DNA from: Bdellovibrionales bacterium
GTDB lineage: Bacteria > Bdellovibrionota > Bdellovibrionia > Bdellovibrionales > UBA1609
Reading direction: 5' to 3'
Length of the DNA: 64,000 nucleotides
NCBI GenBank assembly: GCA_007128005.1
Contig: SKYF01000104.1
Location: 1,232 to 65,231 of the forward strand
Shown here: piece after piece, positions 10,684 through 21,083 of the stretch
How positions within the stretch are numbered: the stretch's first letter is position 1
How the letters are laid out: each line of letters starts with the position of its first letter
The notes under the pieces: generated by a model
Databases searched by the model: none
What the model saw: only the letters and a program-made list of their open reading frames with translations
What the model was told of the DNA's origin: nothing
Translations under genes and position numbers: made by a program

Positions 10684-13148
10684 CCGGGCAACTTTGCCCA
10701 GCTTTTATAAGGTATAAGGGACTTTTAGACGGCAAACAGCAAGGCCAGGGCCTAGATCCCTCTTCACCCTCTGCAGTTTTGAAAGAGTTTAGACTCATGC
10801 GTCACAAGCTCTGGCTGGGAGTTGCTGTTGAGTGCTTTGAAAACCATCGACCTCCCATGGAGATCTGCCAAGCCTGGACTCAATCTGCCGACCAAATCAT
10901 CCAGCAAGCCTGGGCTGAGGCCGGTTGCGATCGACTGCCCTTGAGTCTCTTTGCCATGGGCAAGCTCGGGGCCCAAGAGCTGAACTTGAGCTCTGATGTC
11001 GACTTAGTCGTTGTCAGCGCAACGACGGCAGAGCCCAACTGGGATCGCCCTTTGCGCCTATTCAACAACCTACTCAACCAGGTCAATGAATGGGGCTTTT
11101 GTCTGAGGACAGACTTTGATCTGAGACCTGGAGGCAGATTCAGTCCACTGATCACAAGCCTCGCACAGTTTGAAAACCACTACTGGAGCCAAGGGGAAAC
11201 ATGGGAGCGCCTTGCCCTCGTTAGACTCAGATTCCTAGCTGGCCACAGCAGCCTGGCTGAGAGTGTTCTCGAATTGGCTCATCGCTTCACCTATCGACGC
11301 TACCTGGATTATACTCTTTTTGAGGATCTCAAACAACTCAGGAGCCGTATCCACCGCCATCAAAACTCTCAAGCTCTGCAAAGCCCCAATGAGCCCATCC
11401 ATTTAAAGCTCGGGATTGGGGGCATTCGTGACATTGAGCTCTTTATCCACTCCCTTCAAGTCATTCATGGGGGGCGCCAGATTGAGCTCCGACAGACCTC
11501 CACTGACCAAGCCATTGATGCCCTCATCAGACACAAAATTTTACCTGAAGCTGACTTGGAGTTTTTACGTCAGGCCTATTGGCAGTTACGCGATTTTGAG
11601 AACCTCGCACAAATCCGAGAGGACCGACAGACTCACTTCTGGGACCCTCATATGAGCCTAGCACGCAAGCTCTATCCAAGCTACGAGCAGCTCCAAGAGC
11701 TTATGAAAAGTGTGGATCAAATTGTCTCCGACTTATTGGGAAGAGCCAAGTCCGAGTCTGATGATCTACCTATTGCTCTTGAACACCAACAAGACTGGCT
11801 CAGACAGATGGCCTATAGCCCGCACTCGGTTGAAGATATTTGGCCAGCACTCATTGACAAAGGTGTGCTGGCTCAGGACAAAAGCGCTCGGGAGCGCAAT
11901 GAATTGACCCGACGTCAGTTTTTAAAGGCATTTATCATAGCCTTGAACAAGATTGACTTAAATAAGGACCTAGGGCTCCACCTTCTTCTCGACTTTATTC
12001 GATCGACCAGAGCTAAAAGCTCATTTTTTAGTCTTCTCCTTAGAGAGCCCCGATTGATTGAGGATCTTGCACGACTCTTCTCCTCCTCTCCCTACTTGGG
12101 TGGCATCATCGCAAGGCGGCCTGAGCTTATAGACAGCTTTGTGCTGCGATACAGAGAAGCCTTCTCCGAGGATTTAGAACAGATGCTTGAGGAGATCACT
12201 GAGCACAAGCTGCTTGCGGAGATTTTCTCTGCCAATCGTTTCCTACAGGATTTTGATGTTCAAACTCTTATTCTCTCCCTCAGCGAGACAGCAGACCAAC
12301 TGGTTTCGGCTCTGCTGGTTAGACTCAAACAGGACTACCCTGGGTCAGGACTTGAAGTCCTGGCTCTTGGTAAATGGGGCGGCAGAGAAGTTGGTCTGCG
12401 CTCTGATTTAGACTTGATCTTTGTCTGCCCACAAAAGCCTCTAGCCGAGGATTACAAAGTGGCTCGACGGCTAATTTCTCGGCTCACAGAAGCCCACCGG
12501 GGGGGGCAGATTTACTCAGTCGACCTGCGATTGCGGCCCTCGGGAAGCTCTGGCCCCTTATTGGTTTCATTAGATGACCTAGGAAACTTTCTTCAACACG
12601 AGGCTGACCCCTGGCTCAGACAATCCTATTTGAAAGCGCGCTTTCTGTCCGGAAAAAGCGCCCAAAGCATTCACTCTCAAGTGATCAAACGGGGCTTAAA
12701 ATCCTCCGAGCTTTCTGAGCTCAAGAATATTCGGCAAAGGCTTTTAGCCACAACCTCTGATTCGACAAAGATAGATTTAAAAAAATCTCCTGGAGGCCTA
12801 ATTGACATCGAATTTGCCTGTCAAATTGCTTGCCTGACAGAGCAAATCCAGCCCAGCGATACCAGCACTCTGGCCCTGCTCGACAGCCTGGCCTTGACAC
12901 TTGGAGACTGGCGCTTAGAGGCCGCCGAGCTGAAAAAGATCTATCTCAAACTGCGTCGTACAGAACAGATTTTGCAGATCAGCACCAGTCATTCGGGCTC
13001 CATGCTGTGTCTAGACCAAGAGGAGTTTTCCACTGCAGCCAAACTGCAAAACGAAGCCCCTAAAGAGCTCTTTGAGAAAATCCGCAGATATTTAGCCCAT
13101 GGTCAAGAGATAGTCAAAAACCTTGACCCCATTTATCGGTCTCAGTAG
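10662..13148 (+). CDS. glnE: glutamine synthetase adenylyltransferase/adenylyl-removing enzyme GlnE
   Basis: Two nucleotidyltransferase modules ([19 protein letters not shown] and [19 protein letters not shown]) plus [14 protein letters not shown]. The start overlaps the tolB end by 22 nt. Confidence 0.85.
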   Translation: MVTFSQLAGQLCPAFIRYKGLLDGKQQGQGLDPSSPSAVLKEFRLMRHKLWLGVAVECFENHRPPMEICQAWTQSADQIIQQAWAEAGCDRLPLSLFAMGKLGAQELNLSSDVDLVVVSATTAEPNWDRPLRLFNNLLNQVNEWGFCLRTDFDLRPGGRFSPLITSLAQFENHYWSQGETWERLALVRLRFLAGHSSLAESVLELAHRFTYRRYLDYTLFEDLKQLRSRIHRHQNSQALQSPNEPIHLKLGIGGIRDIELFIHSLQVIHGGRQIELRQTSTDQAIDALIRHKILPEADLEFLRQAYWQLRDFENLAQIREDRQTHFWDPHMSLARKLYPSYEQLQELMKSVDQIVSDLLGRAKSESDDLPIALEHQQDWLRQMAYSPHSVEDIWPALIDKGVLAQDKSARERNELTRRQFLKAFIIALNKIDLNKDLGLHLLLDFIRSTRAKSSFFSLLLREPRLIEDLARLFSSSPYLGGIIARRPELIDSFVLRYREAFSEDLEQMLEEITEHKLLAEIFSANRFLQDFDVQTLILSLSETADQLVSALLVRLKQDYPGSGLEVLALGKWGGREVGLRSDLDLIFVCPQKPLAEDYKVARRLISRLTEAHRGGQIYSVDLRLRPSGSSGPLLVSLDDLGNFLQHEADPWLRQSYLKARFLSGKSAQSIHSQVIKRGLKSSELSELKNIRQRLLATTSDSTKIDLKKSPGGLIDIEFACQIACLTEQIQPSDTSTLALLDSLALTLGDWRLEAAELKKIYLKLRRTEQILQISTSHSGSMLCLDQEEFSTAAKLQNEAPKELFEKIRRYLAHGQEIVKNLDPIYRSQ

Positions 13149-13192
13149 CTTGTAAAAAGGCTTTATCAACCCTTAAGAAAGGGCCACTTTTG

Positions 13193-14041
13193 ATGTTTTT
13201 ATTAACACATTTTATCCCCATGCTTTTAGGAGCACTTCTACTTAGCTCCGTTGCCTGCAAGGCCAACACAGGCACTCAGACAAAAAGTCCGACCTCAGCA
13301 GAAGTTGCATCACCGACTGCTCCTGCAACACCTACGCCAGCAGCAGCACCTACATCTACACCTCCAGCCCCTGAACGCGCGTCTACAGATCTGCCTGCTG
13401 AACAGCCTGCTGAGCAGTCCGCTGCCAATGAGAAAGCAGCTCCTAAAGCTAAACCTTCCCCAACAACTACAACCACCATCCCACCAGCGAGGGTCAGAAG
13501 AATGTTTGCAGTGTTTGAAATTGCCCACGGAGAAGAAGATTTAGGAACAATCAGAGCAGAGCTGTTCTTTCGCCGAGCCCCTAAGACTGTTGAAAACTTT
13601 GTGGGTCTTGCAGAGGGCACTAAGAGCTTTCAAAATTTAGATGACTCCAGGGGAAAGCGTGGGGAACAAGTAACAAGGCCTTTCTATGATGGCCTTACTT
13701 TTCACCGGGTGATTCCTGGCTTTATGATCCAAGGGGGCTGTCCACTCGGTACCGGCACTGGAGGCCCTGGCTATCAGTTTGCAGATGAGTTTCACCCCAA
13801 CCTTCTACATAATCGAGAAGGGATTCTCTCCATGGCCAACGCTGGACCCAATACCAATGGCAGTCAGTTTTTCATCACTTTGGGGGAAACCCCGCATTTG
13901 AACAAGAGACACTCCGTCTTCGGCCAGGTGGTTGAGGGAATGGATGTCGTGAGAAAAGTGGCTCAAGTGCCCCGTCAAAGGGGCAATGACAAGCCCCTCA
14001 CTGATGTGGTGATAAAGAAAGTCACCATTGTCCGAGAGTAG
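13193..14041 (+). CDS. cyclophilin-type peptidyl-prolyl isomerase, lipoprotein with Pro/Ala/Thr-rich linker
   Basis: Lipobox LLSSVAC, a low-complexity PATP linker, and a cyclophilin core ([30 protein letters not shown]). Confidence 0.9.
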   Translation: MFLLTHFIPMLLGALLLSSVACKANTGTQTKSPTSAEVASPTAPATPTPAAAPTSTPPAPERASTDLPAEQPAEQSAANEKAAPKAKPSPTTTTTIPPARVRRMFAVFEIAHGEEDLGTIRAELFFRRAPKTVENFVGLAEGTKSFQNLDDSRGKRGEQVTRPFYDGLTFHRVIPGFMIQGGCPLGTGTGGPGYQFADEFHPNLLHNREGILSMANAGPNTNGSQFFITLGETPHLNKRHSVFGQVVEGMDVVRKVAQVPRQRGNDKPLTDVVIKKVTIVRE

Positions 14042-14059
14042 ATACTAAAGCCCGCCAGA

Positions 14060-14818
14060 CTACAGAGGTGAGTCATCCGTCAAGATGAGCAAGTCCAGGC
14101 GGTTATTGAGTCTCTCGCTCTCTGGCCCAGAACCAGGCTTTAAAGGCCTTTGCGAGCCATAGGAAACGGCAATGAGATCTGACTCCTCAAACTGGTGAAC
14201 TCGAGCTAAGTAGCGAATGAGGCTTGTGGCTCGCGCTGAACTCAACTCCCAATGACTTGGATATCTGGAAGTCTTCAGGGGTTCGGAGCCAGTGTGGCTC
14301 TCGACGATCATTTTCCGATCCAGTCGCCTTAACATGGATGCCATCCGGTTGAGTAGGCCTAGAGCTTCTGGGTTAAATTGCGCACTTTCCCTCTCAAAAA
14401 GGTACAGGCTCGAAAGGGAAAGTCGAACGCCATAGTCATCCAAGGCAATATCCAATATCCCCGCCTCTATATCTTCCCGAGACAGCTCTGACTCGATAAA
14501 AATTTCCATCTGCCTTTGGGCCTGGCGTGCGGCAGGGCTGGCACGGGGATAGGTGGGCAATGGAGGCTCAATCGCAGTGTCCAACTCCTGGGCTTGATAG
14601 GCTGTCTGAGGAGCTCCCCCCACACCTACTCCTCCTGCCACCTTTATCAGATATTTGTTAATAGATTCCTGAAACTCCTCGGCTCTACCTAAATTCTTCT
14701 CAGATGTGGCATAGAGGACAACAAAAAAAGCAAACATTAAGGTTATAAAGTCCGCATAGGAGACAAGCCAGCGCTCCCTGTCCTCGTGCTCAGACTCTTC
14801 CTCTCTGCGCCTTCTCAT
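14060..14818 (-). CDS. motB: MotB-like stator protein (OmpA-family C-terminus)
   Basis: MotB plug/TM signature ERWLVSYADFITLMFAFFVVLYA. 4-nt overlap with the upstream motA. Confidence 0.85.
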   Translation of the reverse strand: MRRRREEESEHEDRERWLVSYADFITLMFAFFVVLYATSEKNLGRAEEFQESINKYLIKVAGGVGVGGAPQTAYQAQELDTAIEPPLPTYPRASPAARQAQRQMEIFIESELSREDIEAGILDIALDDYGVRLSLSSLYLFERESAQFNPEALGLLNRMASMLRRLDRKMIVESHTGSEPLKTSRYPSHWELSSARATSLIRYLARVHQFEESDLIAVSYGSQRPLKPGSGPESERLNNRLDLLILTDDSPL

Positions 14819-15558
14819 TCTAGATAGCCTTTCATCTTCTCTTCTACCACAACGGCGCCCATACCCGAAGCCAGAGCAACCACCCCCTCAAGGATCATTT
14901 CCTTCTCTTCACTCTCCCTTTGAATTCTTCGCTTGATCTTGTTGGCCACAGGTAAAAAGAACAGATTGGCCGATCCCACCCCATAGATAGTCGCAACAAA
15001 GGCGACGGCAATTCCCTTTCCTAAAGCGGAAGTGTCTACAAGATTGGCCATCACATGAATCAAGCCCAACACGGCTCCCAAGATGCCAATGGTCGGGGCA
15101 AATCCGCCGGCATCTGCCCACACCTTGGCTCCAGAAAGGCGTCGTCTTTCGTCCACCTCAATCTGATGCTCGAAGACGCTGCGCAGAGTTTTGGCATCGA
15201 CTCCATCCACAGTCATTCTCAACATGGTCTTCAAAAATTGGTTGGATTGCTTGGAGATCTCCTTTTCGATGGAAAGAAGGGTCTCGCGACGGGCCAACTG
15301 AGTCAGCCGTACAATATCTTGAGCCAGTTTCTGCCTTTGGCCCTCAGGCTCCGCATGAAAGGCCAAAGAGAGCATTCGCATACCCCGCTTAAACTCATCC
15401 ATCGAATTGGAGATCATAGTAGCCCCAAAGGTGCCTCCAAATACAATCAGCGCTGCCGTAAACTGTGTCAGGGAGTTGAAGTGTCCCCCTTCAATGGCAT
15501 TGCCAATTAAAATCCCTCCAAACCCCAACAAAATACCAATAAGAGTTGAAATATCCAT
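14815..15558 (-). CDS. motA: MotA/PomA-like stator proton channel
   Basis: Four-TM MotA-like layout, with C-terminal GIAVAFVATIYGVGSANLFFLPVANK. Confidence 0.85.
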   Translation of the reverse strand: MDISTLIGILLGFGGILIGNAIEGGHFNSLTQFTAALIVFGGTFGATMISNSMDEFKRGMRMLSLAFHAEPEGQRQKLAQDIVRLTQLARRETLLSIEKEISKQSNQFLKTMLRMTVDGVDAKTLRSVFEHQIEVDERRRLSGAKVWADAGGFAPTIGILGAVLGLIHVMANLVDTSALGKGIAVAFVATIYGVGSANLFFLPVANKIKRRIQRESEEKEMILEGVVALASGMGAVVVEEKMKGYLE

Positions 15559-15639
15559 ATCGGCCCCTCACTTCCAGCTCTGGCTATCGACCTCAGCTCA
15601 TGCTAAAGAATACCCATAGTTTATCTTAACTGTCATGGG

Positions 15640-16629
15640 GTGATTGTGAAGGTTTTAATCACGGGGGCAACAGGATTCGTGGGTATGTGGCTGCTGCGAA
15701 CGCTGGCACAAGCGGGAGTTCAAATTGCAGTCTACAGACGGAGCTCTGAACCTCTAGCAGAGTTTCAAGAACTTCAGGTTGAAGAGCACTATGGAGCAAT
15801 CACCGACATCGCTGCTTTGAGCCATGCCATGAAAGACTGCCACAGTGTCTTTCATTTGGCTGGGCTGGTGGGCTATAGCCAATCCATGTATCCTGCTATG
15901 CATACAGCCAATGTGAAGGGCACTGCTGCCGTTGTGGAGGCCTGCCTCAAAACGAAAGTAAAGCGCCTTCTTCACTTTAGCTCCGTAGTGGCAGTGGGGG
16001 CCAGCTTCTCTTCAGATCACATCTTAAACGAAAGCTCTGATTATAACCTGGGCCACCTCAACCTCGGCTATTTTGAAACAAAGCACCAGGCAGAGCAGCT
16101 GGTGCTTCGTGCTGTTTCAGACAGGGATCTAAATGCGGTGATCGTTAATCCCTCCACTATTTATGGAGCGGAAGACTCAAAAAAGGGCAGTAGAGGGGTT
16201 CAGCTCAAAGTGGCTCGGGGAAAATTCCCTTTTTACACCTCCGGAGGAGTCAATGTGGTGCACATTCAGGATGTTATTGAAGGCACAATCTCTGCCTGGA
16301 AAAGAGGTCAAACGGGGGAGCGCTATATTTTAGCCGGGGAAAACCTCCTCATTAAAGACCTCTTTCAGCGCATAGCTTTGTACGCTGAAGTCAAACCTCC
16401 GTCTATTTATCTCCCCAACCCTGTTGTTCACTCTTTAGGGGGAGTCGGAAATGCCCTTGAGCGCTTTGGCCTTAAGGGCCCCATCAATCGTGAGACGGCC
16501 TGGACCTCCACTTTGTTTCACTGGTTTGATTCCAGCAAGGCACAAACTCAACTGGACTTCCGAGCCCGCCCCGCCAACGTAGCTATCCAAGAGAGCGTGG
16601 AATGGAGCAAAAACCAAAGCCTTATCTAG
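15640..16629 (+). CDS. NAD-dependent epimerase/dehydratase (extended SDR)
   Basis: Rossmann motif ITGATGFVG at the N-terminus and a YxxxK-type context (YFETKHQAE). Confidence 0.8.
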   Translation: MIVKVLITGATGFVGMWLLRTLAQAGVQIAVYRRSSEPLAEFQELQVEEHYGAITDIAALSHAMKDCHSVFHLAGLVGYSQSMYPAMHTANVKGTAAVVEACLKTKVKRLLHFSSVVAVGASFSSDHILNESSDYNLGHLNLGYFETKHQAEQLVLRAVSDRDLNAVIVNPSTIYGAEDSKKGSRGVQLKVARGKFPFYTSGGVNVVHIQDVIEGTISAWKRGQTGERYILAGENLLIKDLFQRIALYAEVKPPSIYLPNPVVHSLGGVGNALERFGLKGPINRETAWTSTLFHWFDSSKAQTQLDFRARPANVAIQESVEWSKNQSLI

Positions 16630-16670
16630 TGACTGGCGCGAAAGTGACTGGCGGTTTCGCGCCAGTCACT
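16628..16670. terminator. bidirectional hairpin between convergent genes, built from three copies of AGTGACTGGCG
   Basis: 16628-16643 pairs perfectly (16 bp) with 16655-16670. The 11-mer AGTGACTGGCG occurs at 16628 and 16643 and inverted at 16660-16670, which allows two alternative stems. Confidence 0.6.
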
Positions 16671-16671
16671 A

Positions 16672-17469
16672 TCAAGTGACTAATTTGGCGCGCATTCGAG
16701 CAACTGCATAGTTGGTGGTAAAGACCGCCATGACAAATAGAACTGCCAAATTCAAAAACAGGCTCGCCTGCACCTCTCCACTAACTATGGATCTTACAGC
16801 CATCACCGCATGGGTCAGAGGCAAAAACAAAGCTATCTTCTGAACCAGTTCGGGAAGGACCCCTAATGGAAAATAGGTCCCAGCAAAAAGATACATCGGC
16901 ATAATGAAAATGGTCTGAGCATAGAGAAACCAATCATAGTTGCGAGCTGTAGAAGTAAAAATCACCCCTATGCTTGCAAACACCCAGCACATCAAAGCCA
17001 CCACAGCCAGAGAGGGCACAATGTGCTCCGGACGAATAAGACCTTGAGACCAGGCGACAAGTGCGACCCCAGAGGCGCTCAGCAAGCCCTTTGAAGCGGC
17101 CCATAGAATTTCACCCAGAGCAACTTCGTCGGGTCCGATGGAAGTCAGTAGAACAGTGTCAAAAGTCTTTTGCCGAGTCAGTTTTGTATAGGTGGAGTAA
17201 GTGGACTCAAAGAAAACCACAAGCATAGCCGAAATGACCATCAGGGCAGGAGTGAAAAACTCCAGATAAGATACCCCTTGAACATCCCCGACTAAGGTTC
17301 CCAGTCCATAGCCAATCGCCAAGAGGTAAAGAATGGGCTCGACTATCACCCACAGCAGGGAAACCCAAATACTGTACCTAAAATAAAGAAAGTTCCTCTG
17401 CCACACACACCAGGCTCCCCGCCCGAGTTTTGGCACATAAAAGAGATCTGTGAGCAGGGTCAATCCCAT
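16672..17469 (-). CDS. ABC-2 type transporter permease
   Basis: 265 aa with about six TM segments. Its start overlaps the stop of the upstream ABC ATPase by 1 nt. Confidence 0.8.
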   Translation of the reverse strand: MGLTLLTDLFYVPKLGRGAWCVWQRNFLYFRYSIWVSLLWVIVEPILYLLAIGYGLGTLVGDVQGVSYLEFFTPALMVISAMLVVFFESTYSTYTKLTRQKTFDTVLLTSIGPDEVALGEILWAASKGLLSASGVALVAWSQGLIRPEHIVPSLAVVALMCWVFASIGVIFTSTARNYDWFLYAQTIFIMPMYLFAGTYFPLGVLPELVQKIALFLPLTHAVMAVRSIVSGEVQASLFLNLAVLFVMAVFTTNYAVARMRAKLVT

Positions 17470-18422
17470 TACTGATCCCTCAGTTCATGACCTGAGAGCT
17501 TTAGAAACACATCGTTGAGAGCGGCCCGCCGAATTCGAATGCTGCTGGTGTTGACCAGTTGTGCCGCTTCGCGCCCATCCTGATCCTCCCCAATAAATAG
17601 CTGTATCTTTCTATTGATCACTTGGTAGCGATATTGGTCGCGAACCTTTTTAACAAAATAATTCAAATCTTCTGGCGCAACCTCAAACTCGACGACTTCT
17701 CGGCCTATGTGCTCTTCAATGAGGTCCTTGGGGTGCCCTTCGCAGAGAATTTGTCCCCTATCCATAATCACCAAGCGATCACAAAGGACCTCGGCCTCTT
17801 CCATATAGTGAGTTGTTAAGATCAGGCTGCGGCCTGCCCTTTTTAGCTGCTCCAAAGAATGCCAAATCCACTGCCTGGCCTGAGGATCTAGGCCTGTGGT
17901 GGGCTCATCTAGAATCAGTAGCTCTGGTTCATTTAATAGAGCCCGGGCAATGACAAGTCGCCTCTTCATTCCTCCGCTTAAGACTTCCACCGAGTGATCC
18001 TTGTACTCTTCCAGCTGCATCAGGCGCAGCAGCTCAAGGGCCCTGAGGCGAGCTTGCTTCTGCTTTAAACCCACAAATCTGGCAAAAACTAGCAGATTAT
18101 CCATCACAGTAAAGTCGTGATCCAATCCATCCATTTGCGGAACAATACCTATTTTGGATTTTATCACCTTCAAATGGGTGCGCACATTGAGGCCCAAAAC
18201 AAAGAGCTCCCCTGAAGTGATGCGATTCATTCCGTAGAGCATTCTTAAGGTAGAAGTTTTTCCAGCTCCATTGGGCCCTAGGATGCCAAAACACTCTCCC
18301 CTGGGAACAAAGAGATCGATTTTGTTCACAACAGTTTTATTGCCATATTTTTTTTCTAAGGACCTGGCCTCAACTGCAGCTTGCATACAGACCATGATGG
18401 TCCGAGCTGGATTCAAAGGCAA
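17469..18422 (-). CDS. ABC transporter ATP-binding protein (DrrA/NodI-like exporter ATPase)
   Basis: Walker A GPNGAGKTS, signature LSGGMKRR and Walker B LLILDEPTTGLD. The true start may be the ATG at 18395 or 18386. Confidence 0.9.
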   Translation of the reverse strand: MPLNPARTIMVCMQAAVEARSLEKKYGNKTVVNKIDLFVPRGECFGILGPNGAGKTSTLRMLYGMNRITSGELFVLGLNVRTHLKVIKSKIGIVPQMDGLDHDFTVMDNLLVFARFVGLKQKQARLRALELLRLMQLEEYKDHSVEVLSGGMKRRLVIARALLNEPELLILDEPTTGLDPQARQWIWHSLEQLKRAGRSLILTTHYMEEAEVLCDRLVIMDRGQILCEGHPKDLIEEHIGREVVEFEVAPEDLNYFVKKVRDQYRYQVINRKIQLFIGEDQDGREAAQLVNTSSIRIRRAALNDVFLKLSGHELRDQ

Positions 18423-18428
18423 GCCCGG

Positions 18429-19433
18429 TTAGCCGTGTCCGCCCATTAAAAAGGGCTCATGACTGGTATCCGTCTGGGGCAATCTCTGCATCAAGGCAAA
18501 AAACTCAAAGACCTCTGCCTTAAGTTGATCCTTGTCCTTAAGCTCAAATAGCTGTCTGCGAAACCTTGCCGAGTCTGGATAACCTGCCGAATACCAGGCG
18601 GCGAACTTCTTCACCTGCAAAAAAACCAGCCTGTCCTCATAGCGTCGCTCAAGGTGGTAAAAAAGCCTCTCCAGTAACAGCTTAAAGTCCTTTTCCTGAT
18701 CCTTACCCATCGCCTGGCGAAAGATCCATGGGTTCTTAAGGCAGCCCCGGCCAATCATCACCCCTAAGCAGCCACTTTTACTTAGAGCCTGTTGAGCTTT
18801 GGTGGCAGAAGTGAGGTCCCCATTGCCAATAATGGGGATGGGGCTCTCTTGGACAACACGGCCAATGTAATCCCAATCCGCCTGCCCTGAATACCCCTGT
18901 GCCCTGGTTCGTCCATGAATGGCCATCCAGGTGATTCCCTCATCTGCGGCCACTTGGGCCACCTGTTCAGCATTGCGGCTGGCCTCATCCCAGCCCGTGC
19001 GCACCTTGATTGTCACTGGAATGGAAACTGCGGATTTTACCACCCTCAGAACCTGCTGCAGGGCCTTTAAATCCCTCAATAAAGCTGCCCCTGCTCCCCG
19101 CTTAACCACCTTGGGCACGGGACAGCCAAAATTGAGATCGACAAAATCCGCCCCCATCTGCTCAACCACTCGCGCCGCATAGTCCAATGAGTCCAGATCC
19201 TCCCCAAAAATCTGAATTCCCACTGGGTGCTGCGATTCATCAAACTCCATCAATTTGCGAGTTTTCTCACTGCTGAACTTCAAGCCTGTGGCAGACACCA
19301 GCTCAGTGACCACCACCCCACAGCCGAGCTCCCGCATAAAAGAGCGGAAAGCCGCATCGGTGATCCCGGCCATAGGAGCCAAAAGAAAGGGGTTCTCTTT
19401 GACAGAATTTAGGAGCTTTTCAGGGATCATCAC
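18429..19433 (-). CDS. dus: tRNA-dihydrouridine synthase (Dus family)
   Basis: N-terminal LAPMAGITDAAFR and a TIM-barrel FMN region (NFGCPVPKVVKRGAGAALL). Confidence 0.9.
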   Translation of the reverse strand: MMIPEKLLNSVKENPFLLAPMAGITDAAFRSFMRELGCGVVVTELVSATGLKFSSEKTRKLMEFDESQHPVGIQIFGEDLDSLDYAARVVEQMGADFVDLNFGCPVPKVVKRGAGAALLRDLKALQQVLRVVKSAVSIPVTIKVRTGWDEASRNAEQVAQVAADEGITWMAIHGRTRAQGYSGQADWDYIGRVVQESPIPIIGNGDLTSATKAQQALSKSGCLGVMIGRGCLKNPWIFRQAMGKDQEKDFKLLLERLFYHLERRYEDRLVFLQVKKFAAWYSAGYPDSARFRRQLFELKDKDQLKAEVFEFFALMQRLPQTDTSHEPFLMGGHG

Positions 19434-19518
19434 CTGGACCTTCTATGTCAAATCAGCAAAAGACGCAAAGCGCATTTTTGCCCTAGAAAAGCGCAATGCA
19501 TTGGGTTGCTTTTGAAGT

Positions 19519-19547
19519 TTGACAGACCGCACAGCCCCAGAATAACT
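19519..19547 (+). promoter_or_regulatory. putative sigma-70 promoter for tRNA-Phe
   Basis: TTGACA (19519-19524), a 17-nt spacer, then ATAACT (19542-19547), about 25 nt upstream of the tRNA 5' end. Confidence 0.4.
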
Positions 19548-19572
19548 AAGTCCTTCGTTTTCTTTGCATCAA

Positions 19573-19648
<76 letters not shown>

Positions 19649-19656
19649 CTTTCCTA

Positions 19657-20832
19657 CTATTTAAGAGCTTGCTCCAGGTCGGAAATCAGGTCCTTTTGGT
19701 CCTCAATCCCCACGCTGAGACGAATCAACCCGTCATCAATGCCCAGTTGAGCCCGGATCTCTGGGGGGATGCTCGCGTGGGTCATAATGGCTGGGTGCTC
19801 AACCAAGGACTCCACTCCTCCCAAACTCTCTGCCAAGGCAAAAACCTGGAGGCTTTCTAAGAAGCGGCGGGCCTTGGGTAGGCCTCCTTTAATGTAAAAG
19901 GTGACCATGCCCCCAAATCCCTTCATCTGCTCTTGAGCCAATTTGTGTTGAGGATGACTGGCCAGCCCTGGATAGATCACCTTCTCCACTTGGGGGTGTT
20001 TCTCAAGAAACCGAGCCACAGCCTGGGCATTGTCTTGGTGGGCTCTCATGCGAACAGCAAGGGTCTTGAGGCTACGCAAAGACAAAAAGGAATCCATGGT
20101 AGAGGCCACGGGCCCCAGAGCGTTGCTGAGAAAGGCAATTTTTTCTGCTAACTCGGCCTGTGCCGCCACAATGGCTCCACCCACCACATCACTATGTCCA
20201 TTGATGTACTTGGTGGTGGAGTGGACGACGAGATCGGCCCCAAACTCTATGGGACGCTGAAAATAGGGGCTCATAAAAGTGTTATCGACTACCACCAAAA
20301 TGCCCTTGGCCCTGGCCTGCTCACAGATGGCCCGAATATCCACCAATTTCAACATAGGGTTGGTGGGAGTCTCAAGCCAGATCAGACGGGTATTGGGCTT
20401 GAGTGCTGAGGCCAAACTCTCAGTCTGAGTGAGGTCGACATAGGAAAATTCAAGTCCCTGTTTAGTGAAGACCTTATCAAAAATTCTAAAGGTCCCTCCA
20501 TACATATCGTCATTGGCCACCACATGATCTCCAGCTTGCAGGAGGTGCATGACCGTGCTGGTGGCGGCACAACCCGAGGCAAAGGCAAAGCCCTGAACTC
20601 CCCCCTCCAGACTGGCCAGACAGTCCTCAAAGGCCCTCCGTGTGGGATTAGAAGTACGGCTGTACTCATAGCCCTTATGAACTCCAGGAGACTCTTGAAC
20701 AAAGGTGGTGCTTAAGTAAACAGGGGTCATAATTGCCCCCGTGACCGGGTCTGGCCTTTGGCCTGCGTGGATAGCCCTGGTTTCAAATCCAAATTCTTCA
20801 GGGCTCCAGTCCGAGCTCTTTTCCCTTGCCAT
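19657..20832 (-). CDS. Cys/Met-metabolism PLP-dependent enzyme (cystathionine gamma-synthase/gamma-lyase/beta-lyase family)
   Basis: Family hallmarks YSRTSNPT and the PLP-lysine context HSTTKYINGHSDVVGG. Confidence 0.85.
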   Translation of the reverse strand: MAREKSSDWSPEEFGFETRAIHAGQRPDPVTGAIMTPVYLSTTFVQESPGVHKGYEYSRTSNPTRRAFEDCLASLEGGVQGFAFASGCAATSTVMHLLQAGDHVVANDDMYGGTFRIFDKVFTKQGLEFSYVDLTQTESLASALKPNTRLIWLETPTNPMLKLVDIRAICEQARAKGILVVVDNTFMSPYFQRPIEFGADLVVHSTTKYINGHSDVVGGAIVAAQAELAEKIAFLSNALGPVASTMDSFLSLRSLKTLAVRMRAHQDNAQAVARFLEKHPQVEKVIYPGLASHPQHKLAQEQMKGFGGMVTFYIKGGLPKARRFLESLQVFALAESLGGVESLVEHPAIMTHASIPPEIRAQLGIDDGLIRLSVGIEDQKDLISDLEQALK

Positions 20833-20859
20833 TTTTCGCCTCCAATATTTCGAGTGGGC

Positions 20860-21060
20860 TTACTTAATTGCTTTGTCGGAGCCACTAAAGTGCAGAGCCC
20901 TCAACACCCTGTTGATCCGATCCACTGGATCCTCACAGTAGGGAATTCCTGTCTCGGCCATCATTGCTTGAATGACATCCTCTTGCGGCTCATCTTTGAT
21001 CAACTCATCCACTAACTTTTCCAAAGTGATGAGCTGATCGCCCAATAATGATTCCTCCAT
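20860..21060 (-). CDS. small acidic hypothetical protein
   Basis: 66-aa ORF that fills the gap between uppP and the PLP enzyme on the same strand. No family recognised. Confidence 0.4.
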   Translation of the reverse strand: MEESLLGDQLITLEKLVDELIKDEPQEDVIQAMMAETGIPYCEDPVDRINRVLRALHFSGSDKAIK

Positions 21061-21083
21061 GTTTTCCCCCTCCTCTATTACTG

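Noticed and set aside
19440-19515. GACGCAAAGCGC / GCAAAAG strings and a CAATGCATTG palindrome upstream of tRNA-Phe that briefly resembled a c-di-GMP (GEMM-I) riboswitch
   Set aside because: I could not build the two-hairpin GEMM architecture with tetraloop and receptor. The region is more simply the divergent dus and tRNA-Phe promoter region.
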